Assembly: GCA_963835065.1 (NCBI GenBank)
Contig: CAWIEK010000049.1
Span: 192,001-256,000 of the forward strand
Length of the DNA stretch: 64,000 nucleotides
Direction of reading: 5' to 3'
From: an uncultured Chthonomonadaceae bacterium
Lineage (GTDB): Bacteria; Armatimonadota; Chthonomonadetes; Chthonomonadales; Chthonomonadaceae
The notes under the pieces were generated by a model. The model saw nothing but the letters and a program-made list of their open reading frames with translations, did not search any database and was not told where the DNA came from. Below are positions 49,238-59,552 of this stretch, one piece after another; position 1 is the stretch's first letter; each line of letters opens with the position of its first letter. The translations under genes were made by a program, and so were the position numbers.

Positions 49238-51981
49238 ATGAATCCAATTAAAAAATCGGTTTTGAGCTGGCCGTTGATTTTGAGCCTTATCGCGGGCGGA
49301 AGCGCGATGACTATGGGCATGGCACACGCGCAGGATCAGAACGAACCCGTGCCCTTTGATGCCCGCAACGACAACAACCAACAGCAGGGGGATGTCGGGC
49401 AGGCGGGCGATACGCAGCAGAATTCCAATCAGGGAGTGGTGCGCCTGGCGCGTTTCTCCTATGTGAAGGGAAACGTGACGTGGCGCCCGGATCCGGGCGT
49501 GGATTGGTCGGCGGCCACAACGAACCTGCCTTTGCGCCAGGATGCGCAGATATGGGTTACGGATGGCGGACGCGCGGAACTGCAATTCGATGATGGTAGC
49601 GTGTTGCGGCTTGGCAACGGAGCGCTGCTGACGCTGAAAACTTTGTACAGCGATGAAGATGGCGAGTTCACGCAGATTACGCTCAATGAAGGGCTGGTAA
49701 CGTTGCGCGCCCGGCATGAGCGGGGCGTGTACCGCATTGATACGCCGCTGGCTTCCATAACCGCCAAAGGGCCGGCCAAAGTGCGCTTCGGCATTGCCGA
49801 CGGGCTGGAACTTGCCGTGCGGCAGGGGCAGGCCAATGTGGAAGGCAGCGCGGGGAAAGTAACGCTTGAGTCGGGAGATTATCTTGATTTGCGCGATGCG
49901 CAGTCACCTTTAGACTTGCGCCGCCTGCCCCGCGAGGACAACTGGGATCAGTGGAATCAGGAGCGGGACGCGGTTATGGATGGCAGCGTTTCGCGGCCTT
50001 CCCATCAGCATCTGCCCGCCAATATAGAGATTGTCGCTACCAATCTGGACGATTACGGCTCATGGCGCAATGACCCGGATTATGGCTATGTGTGGTGTCC
50101 GCGCGTCGCGTCTGCCGACTGGCGGCCCTACCACGACGGGCGCTGGACGTGGGTAAACCCATTCGGCTGGACGTGGGTTTCGGATGAGTCGTGGGGATGG
50201 GCGCCCTACCATTATGGAACGTGGGTGTCTCGCGGGTATGGGTGGGCATGGTGTCCCGGCCCGGTCAATCAGTATTGGAGTCCCGCTGTCGTGCATTTCT
50301 CCGAGTACCAGGATCGGGTCGCGTGGGTCGCGCTGGCTCCGCGCGAAGTGCATTATCCCGCCGCGCTGTCCATCGGGTTTCGCAGCGGCAACTGGTCGGC
50401 GTTCTTCTCCATCGGGCAGGCGGCGGTGTACTATCCGACGTACAACAACTACTGCGAAGCGCGTCCGTTCCGCACGGGGTATGTCAACCACGTCACGTAT
50501 GTCAACAACATTACGAATGTGACGAACGTGTATAACACCTCATCGCCGTCCTTCAACCGCTACTACAACTCGGCGGAATTTTACGGCGCGAACCACAACA
50601 CCTATTTGCAGAACAATCGGTTTGTACCCTACAACGCCCGCGCCGGAGCCGGCGTGTCCGTAGTGGCGACGAGCGGGTTCGGACGTAGAACCGCGTATCA
50701 GGTGATTCCACGCGCGGAAAGCGCGTCGTTCTTTACCAACGGGCGAACCGTTACGGCTCCGACAGGACGCGCGATGCCGGTAGCAGGTCCTATCGCCGCG
50801 CGTCCGACGCGGGAATCGCTGACGCCCACCCATGCGTTTATCGTCACTGCGCAGCCGCCGTCACGAGCGGGGTCGCGGGCGATATTCCAGGCTCCGTTGC
50901 CTGCCACGATTGCGCGGCGCGCGGCTCCCATAACGCCTTCCGGCCAGATGATGCGCCAGAATCCGGTCAATCCAACGGCGCAAACGGGACGCTTACTGCC
51001 GCCATCTGTTTCTACCGGACGCGGCAATACGCAAAATGGAAGCGTCAGTAGCCAGAACAACGGCAGCCGCGTCAGCCCGCGCGAGTTGGGGAATGGGACG
51101 CGAACCAGTACGGGCAACGCGACAGGAAGCGCAAATACCGGCGTAACCAATCCACGAACGGGAACATTGCCCCGCGATCCCGGCAATACCAGTTCCTACA
51201 CGCGCGGTCAACGTTCGAGCGGCGATTCCAGCGTTTCCAGCGCGGCGGAAGAAGCGCGACGGGCGCGGGGTTCGCTGGGGCTGCCGTCAACACGGACGGG
51301 CACAGGCAACGGCACTGCCAGCAGTGGCAATCGGGGTTCTGTCAGCGGCAACAGCGGCAATGGTAACACGGGCAGTTTCGGCAGCCCGCGCAGCAATGGT
51401 TCCGATGCGCAGAACAATCGTACCTACCGCGACGCGAATGGGAATACGCGGACGAACCGGCCTAATACCGATAGTTCGGGCACAACGTCTACGCCGCGCT
51501 CCGGTTCCGGGACATCAACATCCTCCGGGCGTCCTGTCCAATTCGGGAACGGAAGACACCCGATGGGCGGCGGAACGGGCTAGAGGGCGCGTCAATGGTT
51601 TCGGGACTTCTTCGCCCGCCACACGAACGGGTGGAGACACTTCACCGCGAACGTACACGCCGTCCACGCGGGGTGACAGCGATACCAATACGCGCAGCTA
51701 TACGCCTCGGAGCGGAGGCGGCAGTACCTCCGGTGGCACTACGACAACGCCGCGCGGCAACAGCTGACGGAAACCCGCGCGCCTACAATCCTCCTGCGCG
51801 TACCTACACGCCGGACGCGCCAAGAAATACGCCCGACCCGGCGCGGCAATCAGGGGGAAACAGCGGTTCGCGCACTTACACGCCGCCCCCGCGTTCGGAA
51901 GGCTCCAGCCGTCCGGCGAATTCCGGGCGTGACCGTTCTAGCGAACGCAGTTCAGGCGAGCAACGAGAAGGCGTCCGGTAA
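49238..51981 (+). CDS. Secreted FecR-like + DUF6600 domain protein with long disordered G/S/T/R-rich tail (tail frameshifted)
   Basis: RAELQFDDGSVLRL, LDDYGSW, WRPYHDGRW, GWTWVSDESWGWAPYHYGTW. Low-complexity continuation switches frame after about 51530. Confidence 0.8.
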
Positions 51982-52077
51982 GGACGAGAAGGGTTCCGGC
52001 GACAAGGACAAGGGCGGCAGAGGACGATAGGAATAGGAAGTTGATAGTTGATGGTTGATAGTACAAACTGTTTCAAC

Positions 52078-52854
52078 TTAGAGCGTTCTTTGCAGGAATT
52101 GTAAACTCCCTGATGTGGTGAAACACATCAGGGAGTTTGTTTTTGTTACTGATGGATTACTCTGGCGGGAGGGGGATGTGGCAGAGGGAATATCGGTTGA
52201 GAGTGTGGCGTGTTTGGCGGACGGGTCGGGGCGCAGGTGATGCCAGAGCCAGAAGGCGAACAGGGCGAGGATGACAACGCCGATTACCCCGTCGGCTTTG
52301 TGGAAGTAGGGCTTGAGTTTGTCCAGGTTATCGCCTACCTGTATACCGAGCCAGGCGAGGAAGTAGCACCAGGGTACGGAGCCTAGAAACGAGAGGGTGA
52401 CAAACGGCACAAACGGCATTTTCGCGATGCCGGCGGGCAGGGAAATGAAGGTACGGACGACGGGGAGCAGGCGCGCGATGAACACGGCTGCCGGACCGCG
52501 CTTTGCAAACCAAACTTCCGATTTTTCCACATCGTGACGGCGCAGCAGGATGTATTTGCCGTACTTGAACACGAACTCGCGCCCGCCTTTCGCGCCCACC
52601 CAATATGCAGCCGCGCTGCCCAACGCGCAGCCAAGCGCCCCGGCGAGAGCAACGAGGTGAAAATTCATCGGGTTGGGGTTGACGTGGCCTGCGATTGTGG
52701 CAAGTGTGAGCGCGCCGGCAAACGGCATGATGACTTCGCTCGGCAGGGGAATACACGCGCTTTCCAGCGCCATCAGCAGGATTACGCCCAGGTAGCCGCC
52801 ACTGCTGATAACGGATTTGATCCAGTTGCCTAACGCTTCGAGAATATGTTCCAA
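52078..52854 (-). CDS. DedA family membrane protein
   Basis: LESACIPLPSEVIMPFAG, FIARLLPVVRTFISLPAG. Confidence 0.93.
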   Translation of the reverse strand: MEHILEALGNWIKSVISSGGYLGVILLMALESACIPLPSEVIMPFAGALTLATIAGHVNPNPMNFHLVALAGALGCALGSAAAYWVGAKGGREFVFKYGKYILLRRHDVEKSEVWFAKRGPAAVFIARLLPVVRTFISLPAGIAKMPFVPFVTLSFLGSVPWCYFLAWLGIQVGDNLDKLKPYFHKADGVIGVVILALFAFWLWHHLRPDPSAKHATLSTDIPSATSPSRQSNPSVTKTNSLMCFTTSGSLQFLQRTL

Positions 52855-52959
52855 AACAGTTGATCCTTTGATAGTCTGTAATCTTTGATTTCGTGGCGGG
52901 CGCAGCAAGCAACGCGCCTGCCTAACCTTTTGCAAACCCTTATATGTTTATGTGGCGAT

Positions 52960-54252
52960 TTAGCGCTTTTCAATAAGAGATTGGCTCAGGGTTTCCCAAT
53001 CCAGATCGGTGTCATGTGGTGTACGATTGGAACTGTCCGCAAACAAGGCGGTTGTATGCTGATCGCGGGCTTGCTCGTAGACGCGCAGGACGTTTTGCAC
53101 CATGCGTTCGGGCGTGTAGGCGCGGGCGTTGGCGCGGGCGTTGGCGCACATTCTGGCATGCAGGGTCGGGTTGGTGAGCAGCAGCACAATGCGGGAAGTG
53201 AAAGCGGCAGTGTCGCCATCTGCAATGCGAAACCCGTCTATCCCCTCCTGTACGGTTTCGGGCGCTCCTCCGGCATCTACAACCACGCAGGGCGCGCCTG
53301 CGGCGCGGGCTTCCCCGATTACCAATCCCTGCGTTTCGGAGGCAGAGGGAAAGCAGAACACGTCGCAGGCCGCAAACAATTCATCTAACTCGTGGCGCGG
53401 TATCGGGCCAAGAAATAAAACGTCGTCGTCAAAGGCTTCAGAAGCGGTTTTCAATTCCTCCCAGAGCGCGCCACTGCCCGCAAGCGCCAATTTCGCATCC
53501 GGCACATGGGCGCGAACGCGGCCAAAAACTTCCAGCAGCCAGTCTAAATTTTTTTCGCGGGCGATGCGACCTGCGTACAGCAACAGGGGAGCGTCCATGC
53601 TCACGCCTATACGTTCACGGGCTTTCTGTCGCGCTTGTTCGGTCAGAGTTGCCGGGGGCGGAAGTGGGATGCCGGTTGGCACGACGTTTATAGATCGGGT
53701 TACGCCGTAATTGCGCAGGGTTTGCGCGGCTATTTCCGAGGGGCAGATAATTTCCGTGCAGCGATTGTAATACCAGGGGAGATAATGCTCCATCAGGGAA
53801 ACGGTCATGCTGTCGGGAAGAATCGGGACATAGTGCGTGTATTGGGAGTACAGGGTATGGAACGTGGAAACCAATGGCACATCGCGCCTTATCGCCAGTT
53901 TCCCCCCGGTCAAGCCCATAACAAAGGGAGTATGGGTATGCACGACATCGAGTTTCAAACGGTCAAAATGGGTTTCTAAAGCAATGCGCGGCAGAAAGGG
54001 ATACGCGAGGGGGTATTCCCGGTTGAAGGCGGAAACGAACGAAGGGAAGCGCAAAACATAGGCTTCCGAATCGGGCTGCTGCACATGGGCAGGCGCAAAG
54101 ATGCAGACGTGATTGTTCAGCGCGCGCAGCCCGGAAATCAGGGTCAACACGGACGTGGAAACGCCATTCTGCACCGGATGAAACGACTCGGAAAACATGC
54201 CGATGCGGTAGCCGTTGTGCGGCGGTGTCCTGTGTGGAGGGGTATCAGCCAT
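52960..54252 (-). CDS. GT4 glycosyltransferase (monoglucosyldiacylglycerol synthase-like)
   Basis: FSESFHPVQNGV, HTHTPF, STFHT, SETQGLVIGEA. Confidence 0.9.
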   Translation of the reverse strand: MADTPPHRTPPHNGYRIGMFSESFHPVQNGVSTSVLTLISGLRALNNHVCIFAPAHVQQPDSEAYVLRFPSFVSAFNREYPLAYPFLPRIALETHFDRLKLDVVHTHTPFVMGLTGGKLAIRRDVPLVSTFHTLYSQYTHYVPILPDSMTVSLMEHYLPWYYNRCTEIICPSEIAAQTLRNYGVTRSINVVPTGIPLPPPATLTEQARQKARERIGVSMDAPLLLYAGRIAREKNLDWLLEVFGRVRAHVPDAKLALAGSGALWEELKTASEAFDDDVLFLGPIPRHELDELFAACDVFCFPSASETQGLVIGEARAAGAPCVVVDAGGAPETVQEGIDGFRIADGDTAAFTSRIVLLLTNPTLHARMCANARANARAYTPERMVQNVLRVYEQARDQHTTALFADSSNRTPHDTDLDWETLSQSLIEKR

Positions 54253-54258
54253 CGTTGT

Positions 54259-55662
54259 TCAGCCGTCTTTCCCGGTATCAAGGATATACTCTTCATCGGG
54301 CAGGCCTGCGATGCGCTCCGCCTGTCGGTCAGCGGCAAGCGCGGCCTGCTGCGTTTCCAGAAACGCGAGTATATCGGAAAGACGAAAACGGCGCTGACGG
54401 GTTTCCTTATCACCGGAAGAATTGCTGTCGCCCGTACTTCTGGCTCCCCGTTCCGGCTCCTTGCGGTAATAGGTAAGAATGCCTTTGTTGGTATAGCGGC
54501 GAACGGTTGTGGGGCAGACATTCAGCAATCGGGCGGCATCTTCCAGAGATAGAATCGGATCGAGCAAACGCTCTATCAATTCGTGCCGTTTCTCCTGAAA
54601 GGGGCGTTTGTAGGAGAATTGGGCCACTTCCTGCTCTTCTTCCAGTCGTTCCAGCGCAAGCAGGGTTTGGACATGGCGCGGAACCGTCGCCCACAGTTCG
54701 GAAGCGGACATACCGGAAGGAACATTATCAGGGCGGATATTACGGGCATGGCGGGCGCGCGAGCGCGGGGTACGGCGCATACTGCCGGTGTCTTGTAAAG
54801 TTTCGGTGTCTTCCGTCGGAAGTTCTTCAGGTTGGGTTACTTCTGTCGCTGCTTCTTCCGGTTGCGCCTGCGCATGTTGTGCTTGCGTGATGGGGTTCTC
54901 GGTTCTGGAGGCAGGGTTGGAAGACGAGGACGAAAGCGGTTCGGTAAACGTGACCGAAGAATTGGCTATTAAATCGGCGTCCATATTGGATGCTGTGTTG
55001 GCAGCCGGAAGTGAAGCGGCGTGAGTAGGGGGCAGGTAATGGGCAAAGGAGGGTATGTCCGCATCCAGATTCAAAATAGGCTGAAACGGATTGGATGAAG
55101 GGTTGGATTCAGGAGCAGGTTCAGAAACAAGGGGCGTGGAAGATTCCGTGGTTTGTCCGGTGACAGTATTTGCTTCCTGAGCAGTGCCAACAAGGGTGTT
55201 CTGGCTGCGGCGGCGAGTGCGATTGTTGACTTCTTGAACAGGTTCGGTATTTGTAGGCGGTAACGTTTGTTCCGGCAGGGGAGTGAGCAGTTCGATGCGC
55301 GGCGCGCGTGGGGAAGGAACAAGAGTTTCGGTTTGCACAGACGGCGCAACAACCATAGTCACAACATTTTGGATGGCGTTGGGCGTTGTTTCCGGCCTTG
55401 CTCCCGCAAGTGGGGTTTGCGCGTAGCGCGGCTCCGGCAGGCCAGGCGTGACGGCAGGAACGTCCTGCTTCTCAGAAGTTGGCTTTTCAGAAACCGGCGT
55501 AGCAGGTACAGGTTCTTCGCGCAGTTCCTGAACAGGAGCCGCAGAAGCAGTACCGGCAACTTCCAAAGGAACCGGCGCAGCAGTTTTTGAGGCGGGAACC
55601 GGTTGCGGTTCGTCATCCAGAAATTGAGACCCGATGTACTTCTGCCATTCGTCCAGCCGCAC
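54259..55662 (-). CDS. Protein with long disordered N-terminus and C-terminal excisionase/BldC-like HTH
   Basis: LSLEDAARLLNVCPTTVRRYTNKGIL...QRRFRLSDILAFL; P/T/E/S-rich linker. Confidence 0.8.
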   Translation of the reverse strand: MRLDEWQKYIGSQFLDDEPQPVPASKTAAPVPLEVAGTASAAPVQELREEPVPATPVSEKPTSEKQDVPAVTPGLPEPRYAQTPLAGARPETTPNAIQNVVTMVVAPSVQTETLVPSPRAPRIELLTPLPEQTLPPTNTEPVQEVNNRTRRRSQNTLVGTAQEANTVTGQTTESSTPLVSEPAPESNPSSNPFQPILNLDADIPSFAHYLPPTHAASLPAANTASNMDADLIANSSVTFTEPLSSSSSNPASRTENPITQAQHAQAQPEEAATEVTQPEELPTEDTETLQDTGSMRRTPRSRARHARNIRPDNVPSGMSASELWATVPRHVQTLLALERLEEEQEVAQFSYKRPFQEKRHELIERLLDPILSLEDAARLLNVCPTTVRRYTNKGILTYYRKEPERGARSTGDSNSSGDKETRQRRFRLSDILAFLETQQAALAADRQAERIAGLPDEEYILDTGKDG

Positions 55663-55689
55663 GATGATCAACCTTTCTTGTTGTATCTT

Positions 55690-56739
55690 TTAGATGATGA
55701 GCATGGCGTCGCCGAAACTGTAGAAGCGGTACTGCTCGTTGACGGCTTCGGCATACGCGGCAAGAATGTGTTCGCGGGTCGCCAGCGCGGAAATCAGCAT
55801 CAGCAGCGTGGAGCGCGGCAGATGAAAATTGGTAATCAGGGCGTCTACGGCGCGGAACGTGTAACCCGGCGTGATAAACAGGCGCGTTTCTCCCGTGAAG
55901 GCGGCTATCCGCGTCGTTGTCACTTCTTGTGCCGCTGATTCGAGGGCGCGAACGCTGGTCGTACCAACGGCAATCACACGACCTTGTGTTTGATTGATGA
56001 TTTGCGCCGCTTCCTCGGAAACGGACACCCATTCGCCGTGCATTTGGTGGTCGGCGGTATCGTCGGTTTTGACGGGGCGGAATGTGTCTACGCCGACATG
56101 GAGCGTGACGCGGGCAATTTGAACGTTCATCGCCTGCGCCTGCGTCAGCATAGTTTCGGTGAAATGCAAGCCGGCAGTAGGCGCGGCGGCGGAACCATTG
56201 TGCTGCGCATAAACGGTCTGGTAGCGCTCTTCGGCGGCAGTCGGCAGGGGCGTATGGATATAAGGCGGCAGGGGCGAAGAACCCCATAAGCCGACCCGAT
56301 CCCTCGCCTGCGAGTCCGTGAATTCGAGCAGGCGACCCCCTTCATCCGTTTCGCCAACGATCTGCGCCGTTTCCTGTGGCGGTACGCCGTTGAGCGTGAT
56401 TTCGTCGGGGCCGAGCAACGCCAGAGTGGTTCCTTCGCGGAGTGGGCGTCCCGGCTTGACAAGGGCTGCCCATTGCCGCGCTCCGACCGGGCGCAACAGC
56501 AGGATTTCGGCTTCCCTGCCGTTTGCGCGAATCCCGCGCAGGCGGCGGGCGATTACTCTGGTATCGTTGATAACCAGCGTATCGCCGGCGCGAAGGTAGG
56601 TCAGCAAGTCAGGAAATTGGCGGTGTTCGATTTGTCCATCAGCGCGGCGTAATACCAGCAGGCGCGATTCGCCGCGTGGCAGGGGCGTTTGCGCAATCAA
56701 TTCGGGAGGCAGATGGTAGTCGAATAAGTCTGTCCGCAT
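55690..56739 (-). CDS. queA: tRNA preQ1(34) S-adenosylmethionine ribosyltransferase-isomerase
   Basis: FDYHLPPELIAQTP, PLPPYI, AAPTAGLHF, TNFHLPRSTL, YSFGDAM. Confidence 0.97.
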   Translation of the reverse strand: MRTDLFDYHLPPELIAQTPLPRGESRLLVLRRADGQIEHRQFPDLLTYLRAGDTLVINDTRVIARRLRGIRANGREAEILLLRPVGARQWAALVKPGRPLREGTTLALLGPDEITLNGVPPQETAQIVGETDEGGRLLEFTDSQARDRVGLWGSSPLPPYIHTPLPTAAEERYQTVYAQHNGSAAAPTAGLHFTETMLTQAQAMNVQIARVTLHVGVDTFRPVKTDDTADHQMHGEWVSVSEEAAQIINQTQGRVIAVGTTSVRALESAAQEVTTTRIAAFTGETRLFITPGYTFRAVDALITNFHLPRSTLLMLISALATREHILAAYAEAVNEQYRFYSFGDAMLII

Positions 56740-56964
56740 GGTTCAACAGCGCGTTTATAGATTGCTTTCGTTGGTGTGAATAATTGATAATGGCGGCAGG
56801 CACAACGTCTGTCGAACAAACTTCGAGTATTGTAGCGTTTACACGTACCGGCTGTCAACAGTTTTGTATAGGTTTGGGCGGAAAATACGGGCTAAACGAG
56901 AAAAACCGGTTCAACATAGCGTTGCCGCGTTCAACCGAATTTTATAATCCGGTTGAAAACAGTT

Positions 56965-57924
56965 TCAGAAGGAGCCAACCTGAAGCGCGGAAGGAATATC
57001 TTCCGGGGGTACGCCGAGTTCCAGGTAGGCTTGCCGCAATCGCTGCTTGACAAGGGGAAGATCATCGGCGGGAATGTTGAGCAGGCGCGCGTCCGCGTTG
57101 AGTTGGGAGGCTGCCGCAATCAGCATTTCCGGGTTGGGAGCGCCGTCGGGACTGCGGTACGCGAGTTTCCAGGTGGCGGAATCGTTGGGATCGGCGACAT
57201 AAGCGTAGCATTGGGGAAGCGTGGGCGCGGCCTGCGATTCGGAACGCGCGGCGAGGGCTTCGGGATGAAGGACTTCCTGCAAAAGCACGTTGAGCAACGT
57301 CTGACGATCCACGCGGAAGTTGGCTGTGCGCAGCAGTTCGCGGCGCAACAGGTTCAGCATTTCTTCGGAAAGCAGCAGGGCGGCGATGCGTCCGGGATTA
57401 AGGGCGCGAACGTGCTGCCAGTAGTGGACAAGCGCGTTCTGTTCCATGCCCTCTTTGCTGAGAAGGGAAAACAGGGCGGCTTTTTCTTCCAATGAGGAAG
57501 CGTCGAGCAGGGAAACGCGAAAAATCAGTTCGGGGTGGCGGTCCTGCCCGACGCCTAATTGATAGCAGGCCCACACATCGGCGTTGGAAAGCAGCGCCCA
57601 CTGGCAATACGCGGGCGTGTTGGTTCCGCTCAGGCGCAGCAGATGGGCGGCATGGGGAACCGCGCCGAGCGCTTTGACAAGCAGGAGCATGGTCAGCCTG
57701 CCGTTGAGCAGGATGGCGTGATCGGCGTTAGGGCCGCGCACGCTGGTCTCCGCCGTGACATCAAAAAAGGGGTCGTAGCCGAGCATATCGCCGAGCATGG
57801 CTTTTACAATGTCGGCGGTGTCGCGCTCGTTCATGCCGCGCTGCCGCGCCTGCTGGACGATGCGGCTGTATTTTTTGATGCCATCTTGTATGTGGCTGCG
57901 CGTTTGATCGCTGATGCGTAGCAT
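56965..57924 (-). CDS. HsdR N-terminal-like (PD-(D/E)xK fold) protein with an extra C-terminal domain
   Basis: NERDT...LGDMLGYD...E..VRG..ADHAI...LLVK pattern; GGAGG RBS. Confidence 0.65.
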   Translation of the reverse strand: MLRISDQTRSHIQDGIKKYSRIVQQARQRGMNERDTADIVKAMLGDMLGYDPFFDVTAETSVRGPNADHAILLNGRLTMLLLVKALGAVPHAAHLLRLSGTNTPAYCQWALLSNADVWACYQLGVGQDRHPELIFRVSLLDASSLEEKAALFSLLSKEGMEQNALVHYWQHVRALNPGRIAALLLSEEMLNLLRRELLRTANFRVDRQTLLNVLLQEVLHPEALAARSESQAAPTLPQCYAYVADPNDSATWKLAYRSPDGAPNPEMLIAAASQLNADARLLNIPADDLPLVKQRLRQAYLELGVPPEDIPSALQVGSF

Positions 57925-57933
57925 GATGCCTCC

Positions 57934-58266
57934 TCAGGGTTCCTCGAATTCCCACAGGGAAACATAAATAGTGCCGTTTTCCACGTCAACCGCGTACACG
58001 GGCAGGCCATAGCCGCCAACCGTAAGACAATCTCCCGATTGGGGATCGAAGGCGTAGCCATGACGGCGGCAGATGATGCGCCCTCGTTCGATGGGCGCGT
58101 TTTGCAGGGAAGCGTTCTGGTGCGGGCACACGCTGCCGACGGCATGGTAGCGGCCCTGATGATAAAACAGGGCACATTCGCCGCCATCCGCGCCAAGTTT
58201 GACGACATAGCCGGTATCCGGCAAAATATCCGCTGTTTGAGCGACGGCATAACGCGCTTTACGCAT
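57934..58266 (-). CDS. Rieske (2Fe-2S) ferredoxin
   Basis: CPHQ and CRRHG motifs. Confidence 0.88.
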   Translation of the reverse strand: MRKARYAVAQTADILPDTGYVVKLGADGGECALFYHQGRYHAVGSVCPHQNASLQNAPIERGRIICRRHGYAFDPQSGDCLTVGGYGLPVYAVDVENGTIYVSLWEFEEP

Positions 58267-58278
58267 GGAAGTATTAGA

Positions 58279-58325
58279 GGCCCTCAACCCCCAGCCCCTT
58301 CTCCCAAAGTTGGGAGAAGGGGAGC
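58279..58325. repeat. REP-like palindrome, family B, copy 2
   Basis: GGCCCTCAACCCCCAGCCCCTTCTCCCAAAGTTGGGAGAAGGGGAGC. Confidence 0.8.
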
Positions 58326-58328
58326 AAA

Positions 58329-59484
58329 TCAGCCGCCTAATTGACTCATGTTGCGGCCAATGGGCATCATGCCGTCTTCCAGGCGGTGTTCTTTGGGCTT
58401 GTGGAATACGGTCAGGCGGAACAGGTCGGCAATGTCTTCGTCGGTGGCATTGCTGCGCAAAGGGGTACGCAAATCCACTTCGCCGTCCGCCATGAGACAG
58501 GGGCGTAGCTGGCCGTCGGCGGTCAGGCGCAGGCGGTTGCAATTCTGGCACAGGTCATTGGTGATCTGGCTGATGAAGCCTACCGTTCCGATTGCGCCGG
58601 GCAGCCGGTAGGAACGCGCGGGGCCGTTGGTCTGCACTTCGGCGGGCGACAGGGTTCCAAGTGACACACTCGATCTGCTCGCGCATTTCCTGCGTGGAAA
58701 CAAACGACTTGCGCATCTGGCGGGCGTCCAATTGCCCGGTTTGGCTGTCCGCAGTGGGCAGTTTGAAACCGGAGCGGAAGGAAGCGAGATTGGGCTGGGC
58801 GTACAGGGTCATGTTGGTATCGCGGCGATAACCGGGCGCGGCGGCAAGCGCGGACAAGTCCGGCAGTCCGATTTCCGCCTGACTGTCATCGCCCTGACTC
58901 CAGTTGATGGGCATCAATTCGATAAAGCGGACGTCAAACGGCTGTTCCAGCGTCATGCGGGCGAAATCTACGACTTCATCCTCATTCCAGCCGCGCATCA
59001 CGACGCAGTTGAGTTTGATGGGCGACAATCCTGCGGATTGCGCGGCTTCAATGCCTTGCAGCACATCCTCTAAATTGCCCCTGCGGGCTATCCGGGCAAA
59101 GCGTTCCGGCTTGAGCGTGTCAAGGCTGATGTTGACGCGGTTCAAGCCGCTGCGGGCGAACTCGTCCGCGTAACGGGCAAGCAAAAACCCGTTGGTGGTC
59201 AGGGAAAGGTCGCGCAAGCCGGGAAGGGAGCCGATTTTGTTGACAAGCAGATCAATGTCGCGGCGTACAAGCGGTTCGCCCCCGGTCAGTCGGATTTTGG
59301 TCATGCCCAAATCAACCGCGATACGCGCCAGCCGTTCGATTTCCTCATACGTGAGTATTTCGGCTTTCGGAGCGACGGGAGCGCCGGCTTCCGGCATACA
59401 ATACACGCAGCGAAAATTGCAGCGGTCGGTGACGCTGATGCGCAGATAGTCAATGGTGCGGTTGTAGGAGTCGATGAGTGGCAT
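58329..59484 (-). CDS. moaA: GTP 3',8-cyclase MoaA (frameshift near 58665)
   Basis: YLRISVTDRCNFRCVYC, RLTGGEP, RFIELMP; C-terminal CQNCNRLRLTADGQLRPCL and MSQLGG in a second frame. Confidence 0.93.
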
Positions 59485-59552
59485 AGTTATAGACTATTAT
59501 ACGCTATTGTTGGCGCGTTAGTCTTCAATGTTGTAAAAGACATAACCCAAAA

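Noticed and set aside
59485..59552. Moco riboswitch upstream of moaA
   Set aside because: The intergenic region is too short and AT-rich for the element.
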